Counted from the first letter of the stretch, positions 36,028-50,669 are shown. The stretch: DNA of 64,000 bases from Eledone cirrhosa (GCA_964016885.1 OZ024744.1:103974001-104038000); one strand, 5' to 3'. The notes: generated by a model not told the origin, from the letters alone. Numbers and translations are program-made.

Positions 36028-38660
36028 TAGTCAGTACTGCATATTAACAATCAGTGTATTACTGTCAGTACTACATATTAACAATCAGTGTATTACAGTC
36101 AGTACTGTATATTAACAATCAGTATATTATAGTCAGTACTACATATTAACAATCAGTGTATTACTGTCAGTCCTACATATTAACAATCAGTGTATTACTG
36201 TCAGTACTACATATTAACAATCAGTGTATTACTGTCAGTACTACATATTAACAATCAGTGTATTACTGTCAGTACTAATATTAACAATCAGTGTATTACT
36301 GTCAGTACTACATATTAACAATCAGTGTATTATAGTCAGTACTACATATTAACAATCAGTGTATTATAGTCAGTACTACATATTAACAATCAGTGTATTA
36401 CTGTCAGTACTACATATTAACAATCAGTGTATTACTGTCAGTACTACATATTAACAATCAGTGTATTATAGTCAGTACTACATATTAACAATCAGTGTAT
36501 TATAGTCAGTACTACATATTAACAATCAGTGTATTACTGTCAGTACTACATATTAACAATCAGTGTATTACTGTCGGTACTACATATTAACAATCAGTAT
36601 ATTATAATCAGTACTGCATATTAACAATCAGTGTATTACAGTCAGTACAGTATATTAACAATCAGTATATTATAGTCAGTACTGCATATTAACAATCAGT
36701 GTAATACAGTCAGTACTACATATTAACAATCAGTGTATTATAGTCAGAGCCTCATATTAACAATCAGTGTATTAAAGTCAGTACCGCATATTACCAAACA
36801 ATCAGGTAATTATAGTCAGTACTACATATTTACAAACAATCAGTGGATTGCAGTCCGTACTGAACATTAACAATCAGTGTATTACAGCCAGTACTGCATA
36901 TTAACAATCAGTGTATTACAGTCTGTGCTGCATATTAAAAATCAGTATATTACTACATATTAACAATCAATGTATTGCAGTGAGTACTGCATATTAATCA
37001 GTCTATTGTAGTCAGTAATATATATTAACAAACAATCAGTGTATTACAGTCAGTACTATATATTAACAATAAGTGTATTGTAGTCAGTACTACATATTAA
37101 CAATCAATGTATTATAGTCTGTAATGCATATTAACAATCAGTGTATTACAACCAGTACTACATATTAACAATCAATGTATTACAGTCAGTACTGCATATT
37201 AACAATCACTGTATTGCAGTCAGTACTGCATATTAACAATCAGTGTATTACAGCCAGTACTGCATATTAACAATCAGTGTATTACAGTCTGTGCTGCATA
37301 TTAAAAATCAGTGTATTACTACATATTAACAATCAGTGTATTGCAGTGAGTACTGTATATTAACAATCAGTGTATTACAGTCAGTACTACATATTAACAA
37401 TCAGTGTATTACAGTCAGTACTACATATTAACAATCAGTGCATTATAGTCAGTACTGCATATTAACAATCAGTGTATTACAGTCTGTACTGCATATTAAC
37501 AATCAGTGTATTACAGTCAGTACTATATATTAACAATCAGTGTATTACAGTCTGTACTGCATATTAACAATCAGTGTATTACAATCAGTAATGCCTATTA
37601 ACAATCAGTGTATTGTAGTCAGTCAGTACTACATATTAACAATCAGTGTATTATAGTCAGTACTACATATTAACAATCAGTATATTATAATCAGTACTGC
37701 ATATTAACAATCAGTGTATTACAGTCAGTACTGCATATTAACAATCAATATATTATAGTCAGTACTGCATATTAACAATCAGTGTATTACAGTCAGTACT
37801 ACATATTAACAATCAGTGTATTATAGTCAGAGCCTCATATTAACAATCAGTGTATTAAAGTCAGTACCGCATATTACCAAACAATCAGGTTATTATAGTC
37901 AGTACTACATATTTACAAACAATCAGTGGATTGCAGTCCGTACTGAACATTAACAATCAGTGTATTACAGCCAGTACTGCATATTAACAATCAGTGTATT
38001 ACAGTCTGTGCTGCATATTAAAAATCAGTGTATTACTACATATTAACAATCAATGTATTGCAGCGAGTACTGCATATTAACAATCAGTCTATTGTAGTCA
38101 GTAATATATATTAACAAACAATCAGTGTATTATAGTCAGTATTGCATATTAACAATCAGTGTATTACAGTCAGTACTGCATATTAACAATCAGTGTATTA
38201 CAGTCAGTACTACATATTAACAATCAGTATATTATAATCAGTACTACATATTAACAATCAGTGTATTATAGTCAGTACTGCATATTAACAATCAGTGTAT
38301 TACAGTCTGTACTGCATATTAACAATCAGTGTATTACAGTCAGTACTATATATTAACAATCAGTGTATTACAGTCTGTACTGCATATTAACAATCAGTGT
38401 ATTACAGTCAGTAATGCCTATTAACAATCAGTGTATTGTAGTCAGTCAGTACTACATATTAACAATCACTGTATTGCAGTCAGTACTACATATTAATAAT
38501 CAATGCAGTACGACATATTAACAATCTGTGTATTACAGTCAGTACTGCATATTAACAATCAGTGTATTGCTGTCATTACTGAATATTAACAATCAGTGTA
38601 TTGCAGTCAGTACTGCATATTAACAATCAGTGTATTGCAGTCAGTACTACATATTTACAG
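36028..38660. repeat. 34-bp minisatellite, ~77 copies
   Basis: Unit actgtcagtactacatattaacaatcagtgtatt. Homogeneous on the left, more diverged on the right. Confidence 0.97.
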
Positions 38661-38854
38661 TATTAACACCTTCATTACCATATTTTTAATGAAAAACACA
38701 GCCATTTTGAAAATAATGAAGAATCTAGAAGGATCAGTAATAAGTTAGTATTTGGGTGATTATTTAATAAGGGCTCTCATATAAAATTAGGATGGAATTA
38801 AGGTTTTTAGATAAATATAAACACACTTTGAAACAAGCAGTTTCGTATCATAGA

Positions 38855-39250
38855 ACCAGGGTTACTTTTAGCAGTTTTGTATTAAAAGAGCTGGGGTTAT
38901 TTTTGGCAGTTTTGTATTAAAAGATTGGGGTTATTTTTGGTTATTTTTGGCAGTTTTGTATTAAAAGACCTGGTGTTATTTTTGACAGTTGGGTATCAAA
39001 AGACCAGGGGTAGGTTTTGAAAGTTGTGTATTATACAACCAGAGGTGGTTTTGACAGTTAGGTATTAAAAGACCAGGGGTAGGTTTTGGAAGTTGGGTAT
39101 TAAAAGACCATGGGTAGGTTTTAGCAGTTGGGTATTAAAAGACCAGTGGTAGGTTTTGGCAGTTGGGTATTAAAAGACCAGAGGTAGGTTTTTGACAGTT
39201 GGGTATCAAAAGACCAGGAGTAGGTTTTGGCAGTTGGGTATTAAAAGACC
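38855..39250. repeat. Degenerate ~35-bp repeat, ~10 copies
   Basis: ggtaggttttggcagttgggtattaaaagaccagg-like units. Confidence 0.8.
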
Positions 39251-39371
39251 ATACATGTTCAGATTTGAATGTAATTTTCTTATTTTTAATTGTGTAATAA
39301 ATCTTGATTGTAAATAAGATTTGTATAGAGGTAAATGGCTGCTGTTTGTTGTTCTCATTATTTACTAGATT

Positions 39372-39965
39372 TAGGGCAGTGGAGTGGCTGAGTTGGTAGT
39401 GCGCCGGGCAATATGGTTTATGACATATAGTTATGGTTCTTTATGTTCTGAGTTCAAATCCTGCCAAAAGCTAGCTGTGTCTTTCATCCTTACAAGGTCG
39501 ATAAAATATGGTACCAGTAACGCTCTGAGGTCGATTGGCTTTGTGCCAAAAGTAGAACACTTATTTACTAGATTTAGAACAATTGTTTGGCAGAATCAGT
39601 AGAGCATCAGACAAAAGGCTTCGCAGTATTTAGTTATGACTTTCTACATTCTGAGTTCAATTCCTAAGGTCAACTTTATCTTTCATCTTTCTGGGCTCAA
39701 TAAAATATAATTGTTTCTACTTTTGGCACAGGGCCAGCAATTATCCCAGTGTATTACTGGTACTTTATTTTATCGACCTCGTAAAGATGAAAGACAAAGT
39801 TAACCTTGGCAGGATTTAAACTCACCATAAAGGAACGTAACTCTTTGCTGCAAAGCATGGCGTATGACCCTCTACCGATACTGCCAATCCACTACCAGTT
39901 GAATAATGGGGTTACTTTCCCCTTCCCCCAAATTGTTGGCCTTGTGCCAATGTTAGAAAGAATTG
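39372..39965. mobile_element. Cluster of SINE family A copies (+ 39372-39560, + 39585-39705, - 39709-39895, plus a 3' remnant)
   Basis: ttctgagttcaaatcc and ctttcatcctt..ggtcgataaaat motifs in both orientations. Confidence 0.8.
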
Positions 39966-39969
39966 TAAT

Positions 39970-42900
39970 TATTCTAGCTTGTTATTGACCCTATAACTGT
40001 TTCTCTTAATTGACATGACCCCAGTTATTGTTCTAGTCTGTTATGGACCCTATAACTGTTTCTCTTAACTGACATGACCCCAGTTATTGTTCTAGTCTGT
40101 TATTGACCCTATAACTGTTTCTCTTAACTGACATGACCCCCAGTTATTGTTCTAGTCTGTTATTGACCCTATAACTGTTTCTCTTAACTGACATGACCTC
40201 CAGTTATTGTTCTAGTCTGTTATTGACCCTATAACTGTTTCTCTTAATTGACATGACCCCAGTTATAGTTATAGTCTGTTATTGACCCTATAACTGTTTC
40301 TCTTAACTGACATGACCCCCAGTTATTGTTCTAGTCTGTTATTGACCCTATAACTGTTTCTCTTAATTGACATTACCCCAGTTATTGTTCTAGTCTGTTA
40401 TTGACCTATAACTGCTTCTCTTAACTGACATGACCCCAGTTATTGTTCTAGTCTGTTATTGACCCTATAACTGTTTCTCTTAACTGACATGACCCCCAGT
40501 TATTGTTCTAGTCTGTTATTGACCCTATAACTGTTTCTCTTAATTGACATTACCCCAGTTATTGTTCTAGTCTGTTATTGACCTATAACTGCTTCTCTTA
40601 ACTGACATGACCCCAGTTATTGTTCTAGTCTGTTATTGACCCTATAACTGTTTCTCTTAACTGACATGACCCCCAGTTATTGTTCTAGTCTGTTATTGAC
40701 CCTATAACTGTTTCTCTTAATTGACATGACCCCCAGTTATTGTTCTAGTCTGTTATTGACCCTATAACTGTTTCTCTTAATTGACATTACCTCAGTTATT
40801 GTTCTAGTCTGTTATTGACCCTATAACTGTTTCTCTTAACTGACATGACCCCCAGTTATTGTTCTAGTCTGTTATTGACCCTATAACTGTTTCTCTTAAT
40901 TGACATTACCCCAGTTATTGTTCTAGTCTGTTATTGACCCTATAACTGTTGCTCTTAACTGACATGACCCCAGTTATTGTTCTAGTCTGTTATTGACCCT
41001 ATAACTGTTTCTCTTAACTGACATGACCTTAGTTATTGTTCTAGTCTGTTATTGACCCTATAACTGTTTCTCTTAACTGACATGACCCCCAGTTATTGTT
41101 CTAGTCTGTTATTGACCCTATAACTGTTTCTCTTAACTGACATTACCCCAGTTATTGTTCTAGTCTGTTATTGACCCTATAACTGTTTCTCTTAACTGAC
41201 ATGACCCCCAGTTATTGTTCTAGTCTGTTATTGACCCTATAACTATTTCTCTTAATTGACATGACCCCAGTTATTGTTCTAGTCTGTTATTGACCCTATA
41301 ACTGTTTCTCTTAACTGACATGCCCCCCAGTTATTGTTCTAGTCTGTTATTGACCCTATAACTGTTTCTCTTAATTGACATGACCCCAGTTATAGTTATA
41401 GTCTGTTATTGACCCTATAACTGTTTCTCTTAACTGACATGACCCCCAGTTATTGTTCTAGTCTGTTATTGACCCTATAACTATTTCTCTTAATTGACAT
41501 GACCCCAGTTATTGTTCTAGTCTGTTATTGGCCCTATAACTGTTTCTCTTAACTGACATGACCCCCAGTTATTGTTCTAGTCTGTTATTGACCCTATAAC
41601 TGTTTCTCTTAATTGACATGACCCCAGTTATAGTTATAGTCTGTTATTGACCCTATAACTGTTTCTCTTAACTGACATGACCCCCAGTTATTGTTCTAGT
41701 CTGTTATTGACCCTATAACTGCTTCTCTTAACTGACATGACCCCAGTTATTGTTCTAGTCTGTTATTGACCCTATAACTGTTTCTCTTAACTGACATGAC
41801 CCCCAGTTATTGTTCTAGTCTGTTATTGACCCTATAACTGTTTCTCTTAACTGACATTACCCCAGTTATTGTTCTAGTCTGTTATTGACCCTATAACTGT
41901 TTCTCTTAATTGACATTACCCCAGTTATTGTTCTAGTCTGTTATTGACCCTATAACTGTTTCTCTTAATTGACATAACCCCCAGTTATTGTTCTAGTCTG
42001 TTATTGACCCTATAACTGTTTCTCTTAATTGACATTACCTCAGTTATTGTTCTAGTCTGTTATTGACCCTATAACTGTTTCTCTTAACTGACATGACCCC
42101 CAGTTATTGTTCTAGTCTGTTATTGACCCTATAACTGTTTCTCTTAATTGACATTACCCCAGTTATTGTTCTAGTCTGTTATTGACCCTATAACTGTTGC
42201 TCTTAACTGACATGACCCCAGTTATTGTTCTAGTCTGTTATTGACCCTATAACTGTTTCTCTTAACTGACATGACCTCAGTTATTGTTCTAGTCTGTTAT
42301 TGACCCTATAACTGTTTCTCTTAACTGACATGACCCCCAGTTATTGTTCTAGTCTGTTATTGACCCTATAACTGTTTCTCTTAACTGACATTACCCCAGT
42401 TATTGTTCTAGTCTGTTATTGACCCTATAACTGTTTCTCTTAACTGACATGACCCCCAGTTATTGTTCTAGTCTGTTATTGACCCTATAACTGTTTCTCT
42501 TAATTGACATGACCCCAGTTATAGTTATAGTCTGTTATTGACCCTATAACTGTTTCTCTTAACTGACATGACCCCCAGTTATTGTTCTAGTCTGTTATTG
42601 ACCCTATAACTGTTTCTCTTAATTGACATTACCCCAGTTATTGTTCTAGTCTGTTATTGACCCTATAACTGCTTCTCTTAACTGACATGACCCCAGTTAT
42701 TGTTCTAGTCTGTTATTGACCCTATAACTGTTTCTCTTAACTGACATGACCTCAGTTATTGTTCTAGTCTGTTATTGACCCTATAACTGTTTCTCTTAAC
42801 TGACATGACCACCAGTTATTGTTCTAGTCTGTTATTGACCCTATAACTGTTTCTCTTAACTGACATTACCCCAGTTATTGTTCTAGTCTGTTATTGACCC

Positions 42901-45900
42901 TATAACTGTTTCTCTTAACTGACATGACCCCCAGTTATTGTTCTAGTCTGTTATTGACCCTATAACTGTTTCTCTTAATTGACATGACCCCAGTTATTGT
43001 TCTAGTCTGTTATTGACCCTATAACTGTTTCTCTTAACTGACATGACCTCAGTTATTGTTCTAGTCTGTTATTGACCCTATAACTGTTTCTCTTAACTGA
43101 CATTACCCCAGTTATTGTTCTAGTCTGTTATTGACCCTATAACTGTTTCTCTTAACTGACATGACCACCAGTTATTGTTCTAGTCTGTTATTGACCCTAT
43201 AACTGTTTCTCTTAATTGACATGACCCCAGTTATAGTTATAGTCTGTTATTGACCCTATAACTGTTTCTCTTAACTGACATGACCCCCAGTTATTGTTCT
43301 AGTCTGTTATTGACCCTATAACTGTTTCTCTTAATTGACATTACCTCAGTTATTGTTCTAGTCTGTTATTGACCCTATAACTGTTTCTCTTAATTGACAT
43401 TACCCCAGTTATTGTTCTAGTCTGTTATTGACCCTATAACTGCTTCTCTTAACTGACATGACCTCAGTTATTGTTCTAGTCTGTTATTGACCCTATAACT
43501 GTTTCTCTTAATTGACATTACCCCAGTTATTGTTCTAGTCTGTTATTGACCCTATAACTGCTTCTCTTAACTGACATGACCCCAGTTATTGTTCTAGTCT
43601 GTTATTGACCCTATAACTGTTTCTCTTAACTGACATGACCTCAGTTATTGTTCTAGTCTGTTATTGACCCTATAACTGTTTCTCTTAACTGACATGACCC
43701 CCAGTTATTGTTCTAGTCTGTTATTGACCCTATAACTGTTTCTCTTAACTGACATGACCCCCAGTTATTGTTCTAGTCTGTTATTGACCCTATAACTGTT
43801 TCTCTTAATTGACATTACCCCAGTTATTGTTCTAGTCTGTTATTGACCCTATAACTGTTGCTCTTAACTGACATGACCCCAGTTATTGTTCTAGTCTGTT
43901 ATTGACCCTATAACTGTTTCTCTTAACTGACATGACCTCAGTTATTGTTCTAGTCTGTTATTGACCCTATAACTGTTTCTCTTAACTGACATGACCCCCA
44001 GTTATTGTTCTAGTCTGTTATTGACCCTATAACTGTTTCTCTTAACTGACATGACCCCCAGTTATTGTTCTAGTCTGTTATTGACCCTATAACTGTTTCT
44101 CTTAATTGACATGACCCCAGTTATAGTTATAGTCTGTTATTGACCCTATAACTGTTTCTCTTAACTGACATGACCCCCAGTTATTGTTCTAGTCTGTTAT
44201 TGACCCTATAACTGTTTCTCTTAATTGACATTACCCCAGTTATTGTTCTAGTCTGTTATTGACCCTATAACTGCTTCTCTTAACTGACATGACCCCAGTT
44301 ATTGTTCTAGTCTGTTATTGACCCTATAACTGTTTCTCTTAACTGACATGACCTCAGTTATTGTTCTAGTCTGTTATTGACCCTATAACTGTTTCTCTTA
44401 ACTGACATGACCCCCAGTTATTGTTCTAGTCTGTTATTGACCCTATAACTGTTTCTCTTAACTGACATGACCCCAGTTATTGTTCTAGTCTGTTATTGAC
44501 CCTATAACTGTTTCTCTTAACTGACATGACCTCAGTTATTGTTCTAGTCTGTTATTGACCCTATAACTGTTTCTCTTAACTGACATGACCCCCAGTTATT
44601 GTTCTAGTCTGTTATTGACCCTATAACTGTTTCTCTTAACTGACATGACCCCCAGTTATTGTTCTAGTCTGTTATTGACCCTATAACTGTTTCTCTTAAT
44701 TGACATGACCCCAGTTATAGTTGTAGTCTGTTATTTACCCTATAACTGTTTCTCTTAACTGACATGACCCCCAGTTATTGTTCTAGTCTGTTATTGACCC
44801 TATAACTGTTTCTCTTAATTGACATTACCCCAGTTATTGTTCTAGTCTGTTATTGACCCTATAACTGCTTCTCTTAACTGACATGACCCCAGTTATTGTT
44901 CTAGTCTGTTATTGACCCTATAACTGTTTCTCTTAACTGACATGACCTCAGTTATTGTTCTAGTCTGTTATTGACCCTATAACTGTTTCTCTTAACTGAC
45001 ATGACCACCAGTTATTGTTCTAGTCTGTTATTGACCCTATAACTGTTTCTCTTAACTGACATTACCCCAGTTATTGTTCTAGTCTGTTATTGACCCTATA
45101 ACTGTTTCTCTTAACTGACATGACCCCCAGTTATTGTTCTAGTCTGTTATTGACCCTATAACTGTTTCTCTTAACTGACATGACCCCCAGTTATTGTTCT
45201 AGTCTGTTATTGACCCTATAACTGTTTCTCTTAACTGACATTACCCCAGTTATTGTTCTAGTCTGTTATTGACCCTATAACTGTTTCTCTTAATTGACAT
45301 TACCCCAGTTATTGTTCTAGTCTGTTATTGACCCTATAACTGTTTCTCTTAATTGACATGACCCCCAGTTATTGTTCTAGTCTGTTATTGACCCTATAAC
45401 TGTTTCTCTTAACTGACATGACCCCCAGTTATTGTTCTAGTCTGTTATTGACCCTATAACTGTTTCTCTTAACTGACATGACCCCCAGTTATTGTTCTAG
45501 TCTGTTATTGACCCTATAACTGTTTCTCTTAACTGACATTACCCCAGTTATTGTTCTAGTCTGTTATTGACCCTATAACTGTTTCTCTTAATTGACATTA
45601 CCTCAGTTATTGTTCTAGTCTGTTATTGACCCTATAACTGTTTCTCATAACTGACATGACCCCCAGTTATTGTTCTAGTCTGTTATTGACCCTATAACTG
45701 TTTCTCTTAATTGACATTACCCCAGTTATTGTTCTAGTCTGTTATTGACCCTATAACTGTTTCTCTTAATTGACATGACCCCCAGTTATTGTTCTAGTCT
45801 GTTATTGACCCTATAACTATTTCTCTTAATTGACATTACCTCAGTTATTGTTCTAGTCTGTTATTGACCCTATAACTGTTGCTCTTAACTGACATGACCC

Positions 45901-46190
45901 CAGTTATTGTTCTAGTCTGTTATTGACCCTATAACTGTTGCTCTTAACTGACATGACCCCAGTTATTGTTCTAGTCTGTTATTGACCCTATAACTGTTTC
46001 TCTTAACTGACATGACCCCCAGTTATTGTTCTAGTCTGTTATTGACCCTATAACTGTTTCTCTTAATTGACATTACCCCAGTTATTGTTCTAGTATGTTA
46101 TTGACCCTATAACTGTTTCTCTTAATTGACATTACCCCAGTTATTGTTCTAGTATGTTATTGAACACATTAACTGACATGACCCCAGTTG
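39970..46190. repeat. 59-60-bp minisatellite, ~104 copies (intron 3)
   Basis: Unit ccccagttattgttctagtctgttattgaccctataactgtttctcttaactgacatgac; length varies at the C-run. Confidence 0.98.
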
Positions 46191-46734
46191 TTATCAATAA
46201 GTAATTAAAACAGTCTGAAAGTGATTACCTAGAGATATGACTCTGGGTATGTTCAGGTAACTGGAGAATATCAAAGGAGGTTGATAAAACTCATTGTCAG
46301 GTCAATAGATAACAATAAAACAAATAGCTTGTACTGGGTAGAATATAAATGAATTATCTATATAGAAAATGTACTGTAAGTAAATATAAGAAAATGTTTT
46401 ATTTTATAATCTACTCATGTGCAACATAGCTACAATACATTGCAACTGACAATATGTTCAAATATAATTTATTGATTTGTAGTCAAATTCGGTTAATTGT
46501 ATATTCTAGTTAATTATCCTGGGGAATTTTAATCTCAGTCTATGCAATTGAAGGGAATTAACTGTAATAAACTAAAATTTACTCTGTAGTTGAAGATTGA
46601 GATAAATTATTAGGTTGTTTTGTTGAAGCTGTGCCATAGCTGTTTAGAATTTATCTGAAGAAAATGTGTTGTACATATTTAAGTATGTATGTGTAAATTT
46701 CAATACTAAAACGTTTGAATTGTGTATTTTACAG

Positions 46735-46794
46735 CATGGAATAGTTTCATTTTGGAGCTCTATGTCAACCCTCAGAAAGAAAAAACGTATCGTG
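46735..46794 (+). CDS. Coding exon 4 (WD40): HGIVSFWSSMSTLRKKKRIV
   Basis: ttttacag| acceptor, |gtaagc donor, 60 nt, phase 0-0. Completes the WD repeat TCSE|HGIVSFW. Confidence 0.85.
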
Positions 46795-47490
46795 GTAAGC
46801 AATTCTTTTTCAAATCATCATGTAAATCACAGGTTCTCAACCCATTTAGGCCAAACGCCCCCTTTTGTCCCTTGAAATCACGAAACGCCCCCTACCCTAT
46901 TTTTCCATTTTTCATTATACTATTGATTTTGATATCAGTAGATTACTAAAAACTTGATTAACAATATTCCAAAGATACCATTGCAGGCAGCTGAGAGTAT
47001 AAATACATTCCTTGAAAGGAAATATATAAATTTCAAAAAAAGGAACATAAATGTTCTTTTTTATGAATAAGGACCAGTTGAATTTGTTATATTCCCACCA
47101 GGCGATACCAGCTATTTTGAACATTTATACAAGAGCAACTCTGCCTATCCAAAGAGTGGTCTTATCTGGAAGAAAGTGGCAATTATATCATTTCAAACCT
47201 TTCCAATTTTCCCTTTAATGAAACAGACAGAATAAATGTTGATATCTAACTTGATGTCCCCTCTGCTTTGTGAGCTTAGAGACCACGGAAGAGGGTTTTC
47301 ATGACCACGCGGGAGGGTATATTTATTAATAAATGGTAAAATATATACAACAAATGAGTAATTGAATTGTAGTAGATGGTCTCCAGTCCAGTCAGACTGC
47401 AACTACAAATAAAAAAATTGTTAGTTTGCTTTGTAGCAATAGCATATCCAAGTTTTCGGATAAATCAACTTACTTTAACTTTGACTCATT

Positions 47491-48560
47491 TCAATGGGAC
47501 CCTTGAGCTTCATGGAATCTAGCTAACTCTTTGACGTGAGGCTCAATTTTCCTAAGATGTAGCCAGAGATCTTCATGTGTAATTACATTGTAGTGGTTGC
47601 GAGCCTTACTGTGTATTCTGGAAACGGGACCAAACCTCCTCTCGACTAAGTATGAGCTTGGAAAAGGCAGAGCAAATCTTTTAGCCTCTGCATGTAGGTG
47701 TGGAAATCAATGCTGAATTTCCTTTTGCATTCCAAAAAGGGGTTCACCTATTTTGGGAAATCTAATTTTGATCATGTCATCTGCTTGAAGTTCAATGAGT
47801 TCTTCCTGAAATTTAACGTCCAAATTGTTGACATTAGTTATGAAAGGATCTGCTATCCACATTGGGATGTCCATTGGTAAAAGGTCGACAAACCGTTCTC
47901 TCATGTTGTCGTGTAGCGCACGGAGGTGAGTGGTATAAATTTGGAGTTGGTCATCGCTTACAATGTTTTGAACATTGGCGACACTAGGAAAATTATAGAA
48001 TTCCCATCAACAAAGATTCCTTTCAATGACATTCAATTTGGCCAGGAATGTTTTCACAGCATTCCTTGCTTTAAGCAAGGTGATCTTCTTCCCCTGTAAA
48101 GCCAAAATGACGCTATTGCATTTGTCGAATATGTTGGTGAGGTAGGCGCAGTCTTGCCTCACATCGAGGGTTTTCTTGTACAGTTCTGTGTTGCGTCCTC
48201 GCAGAAACTCAATGATAGAGTCGAAGAGTTGAAAGAAGTGAGTAAAGCACTTGCCCTTTAAAAGCCACCTCACTTCAGTACGAAGGAGCAGCTTGACGAA
48301 TTCTTCGTCATTATCTTGGCACAGTTGCCGGAAAATTCGTTCATTGAGGGAATGCCGCTTGATAAAATTGATGACATCAATGGCCACCTGCAAGGACTTG
48401 CTCAGCGGCTTGCTGAGTTTCTTCACAGCCAAGTGTTGTTGATGAATGACACAATGAACAGCAAATACAGATAGATTTTCTCTCTTCAGAAGAGTGACGA
48501 AGCCCTTATGTTGGCTGACCATTGCTCTTGCGTCGTCTGTAGCACATGATACAATGTGTT
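47491..48560 (-). pseudogene. hAT transposase remnant (ZBED8/Buster-like)
   Basis: ATDDARAM (degenerate TDGA.AM), HCVIH (CxxH), TEVRWL, WIADPF, and the dimerisation domain LPFPSSYLVERRF...EAQGSH*. In-frame stop and frameshift; N-terminus missing. Confidence 0.9.
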
Positions 48561-48750
48561 GTATTTGGTCCTAGATGTATGTATTACCTGCCTGTGTGTT
48601 GTATGTAGTCCTAGATGTATGTATTACCTGTTTATGTATTGCATGTGGTCCTAGATGTGTGTGCTACCTCCTTATGTGTTGCATGTGGTCCTAGATGTGT
48701 GTATTACCTGCTTATGTGTTGTATGTGGTCCTAGATGTGTGTGCCACCCG
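48560..48750. repeat. 40-bp repeat, ~5 copies, at the transposase breakpoint
   Basis: tggtcctagatgtgtgtattacctgcttatgtgttgcatg-like units. Confidence 0.85.
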
Positions 48751-49379
48751 CTTCTGTTTTTTCTTTTCTTTTTTTTTTATTTGTAATATTATTTATACAA
48801 TAGGGAATAAAATAGATCTACATAGTGTTAACTCGTTGCGGTTGAGTCAATAATTTCAGACATGAAATACATTGTTATTGGTGAAGGAAAGATAAGATTC
48901 TAACTGGCTGTGCTCAAAGTGTCCTTGACCCAGTTGACTGTGGGTTTTTCTATTTTTATGATCTCAATTACTGGTTAACGTCTCAATTACCAGACATGCC
49001 TGCACACCTGCTCACAGCTGTGGTCAGACCATAGTTATGCTGTCTGCAAGCTCATTCAAATGCATTCACACTGGCTGTCTCAAAGACATACAAATATGGC
49101 TTATAAAACTTACCAAAGTAAAGAGCCTTCCAGCTCCCCCTTATCCCCCCTCCCTCTAGCTCTAAACATCCCCCTGGAGTTCCAAAACGCCACCCAGGGG
49201 TGCATATGCCCCCCCCCCCCCGTTGAGAACCTTTGATGTAAATCATCCCCATCCTGCTTTTCTGCAGACTAGAAGATGTTAATAGAGACAAATATAGTAT
49301 TTTAACTCACATCAACAGCAAATACGGGTCCTTAATATCACGACTGGTAAAGATATTCTAGAAACTACCCCTACCATTA

Positions 49380-49595
49380 CATATCTACACTCTGGCGGGG
49401 TTGTTGGAGCAGAGTCTTGAAGCATGCCTTCCAGTAGGTTCTGTCAGAAGCAAACTGTCTCCAATTGATCCAGCTGGATCACCAAGTAAGACCAGCCAAG
49501 TTCACGAATGTTATCTAACCATCTTCCTCCAGGCCTCCTACCAGTTGGTTTTCCCATAAAATCTGTCAGCAATTCTTTCCTGAGACATTCTGACC
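49380..49595 (-). mobile_element. 3' fragment of an RTE LINE (same family as 9620-9990)
   Basis: GKPTGRRPGGRWLDNIRELGWSYLVIQLDQLETV is similar to RWLDNIHEFGWSRLRIQPYQLETV. Confidence 0.8.
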
Positions 49596-50551
49596 AAAAG
49601 GTACTACACAAAATTGTCAAGGAAAACTTCATAATCCACCCAATATATACTTTTAATTGTGTTATACCCCACAGAAGAAACATAATAAATATTGTAAATT
49701 GAGGAATTAATTGCACATTATGTAATAAGGATACATGCAGATTTATTTTTAATAGATTTGTATTTTAGATTGTCTTATGTAAAAATTGTATTGACTTAAG
49801 TATCTGGCTGTGTAACACCAAGCGTTTGGTATGGACCATTGGTCACCCATTGTCCACCTGGACCACATTGTGAACCACTGGTCTGTAACCTACCTGTGAT
49901 CTAATGAATATCACATTGCAACTATCATGATCTACCTTTATATGGTTGTTTGATATGCTAGAAACTGCAGCCCCAGCTCCCTTAAACAACACCCTACCAA
50001 CATAAAAATAAGATTATGTACATAATCAGGTACACTGTGCCAGAAGAAAGGTATATGTTCATGTTGAGAATGATTTTTATCCTGGGTTTGCTCAACCAGA
50101 GAGAACTTCAAGCTAAGTTACAACCATCTATACACTGGCTAATATCTGTTACTGCCCCCTTATATAAGGATACCTGGGGTTATTATTTCAAAATAATCAG
50201 CTTTGTAGTCAGATAGATGCTGTAGAAACATAGATTATGTCAAGACAATGAAGGAGCTTCTATGCAGTTGCTCACCATCATAGAAATAGTAGTCAAATTG
50301 TCCTCATATCACACCCATTCAGCTTCAAAAGAAACAGACACATGGGATAATGTAGTCCTCAAAAGACAGAACAGTCATGATTGGAATGTCTTAGATCATA
50401 GGTGTAGTTAATCGGTGATGACCTAACACTAACCAACAACAACATAGATTATGTCAACCCTGGTAACAATAGAATAGGAGACAAGCGTGTATATGAAATG
50501 GATTGTTCTGTGATAAATTGCACCAAGTGAGTGTTTTAATGTATTTTTCAG

Positions 50552-50637
50552 AATCCTAATCCTGAAAGACGAACACCAAAATGGATTACAGACTTCCTAA
50601 TTATGTCCAAGTATAACAAATTAATGGTTGGAACTGG
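50552..50637 (+). CDS. Coding exon 5 (WD40): NPNPERRTPKWITDFLIMSKYNKLMVGTG; gene continues beyond the window
   Basis: tttttcag| acceptor, |gtaatt donor (phase 2). The PKWITDF...YNK..VGTG motif is characteristic of this family. Confidence 0.88.
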
Positions 50638-50669
50638 GTAATTTTCAATTCAGTCTTGCTTATATTTTA

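Larger units (their letters stand above)
46828..49235 (-). mobile_element. hAT (Buster/Charlie-type) DNA transposon with both ends, internally deleted
   Basis: TIRs cacaggttctcaac / gttgagaacctttg; perfect 8-bp TSD atgtaaat at 46820-46827 and 49236-49243. Confidence 0.92.

Noticed and set aside
3499-46190. CRISPR-like appearance of the regular arrays
   Set aside because: Units are head-to-tail with no unique spacers; no cas genes; eukaryotic context.
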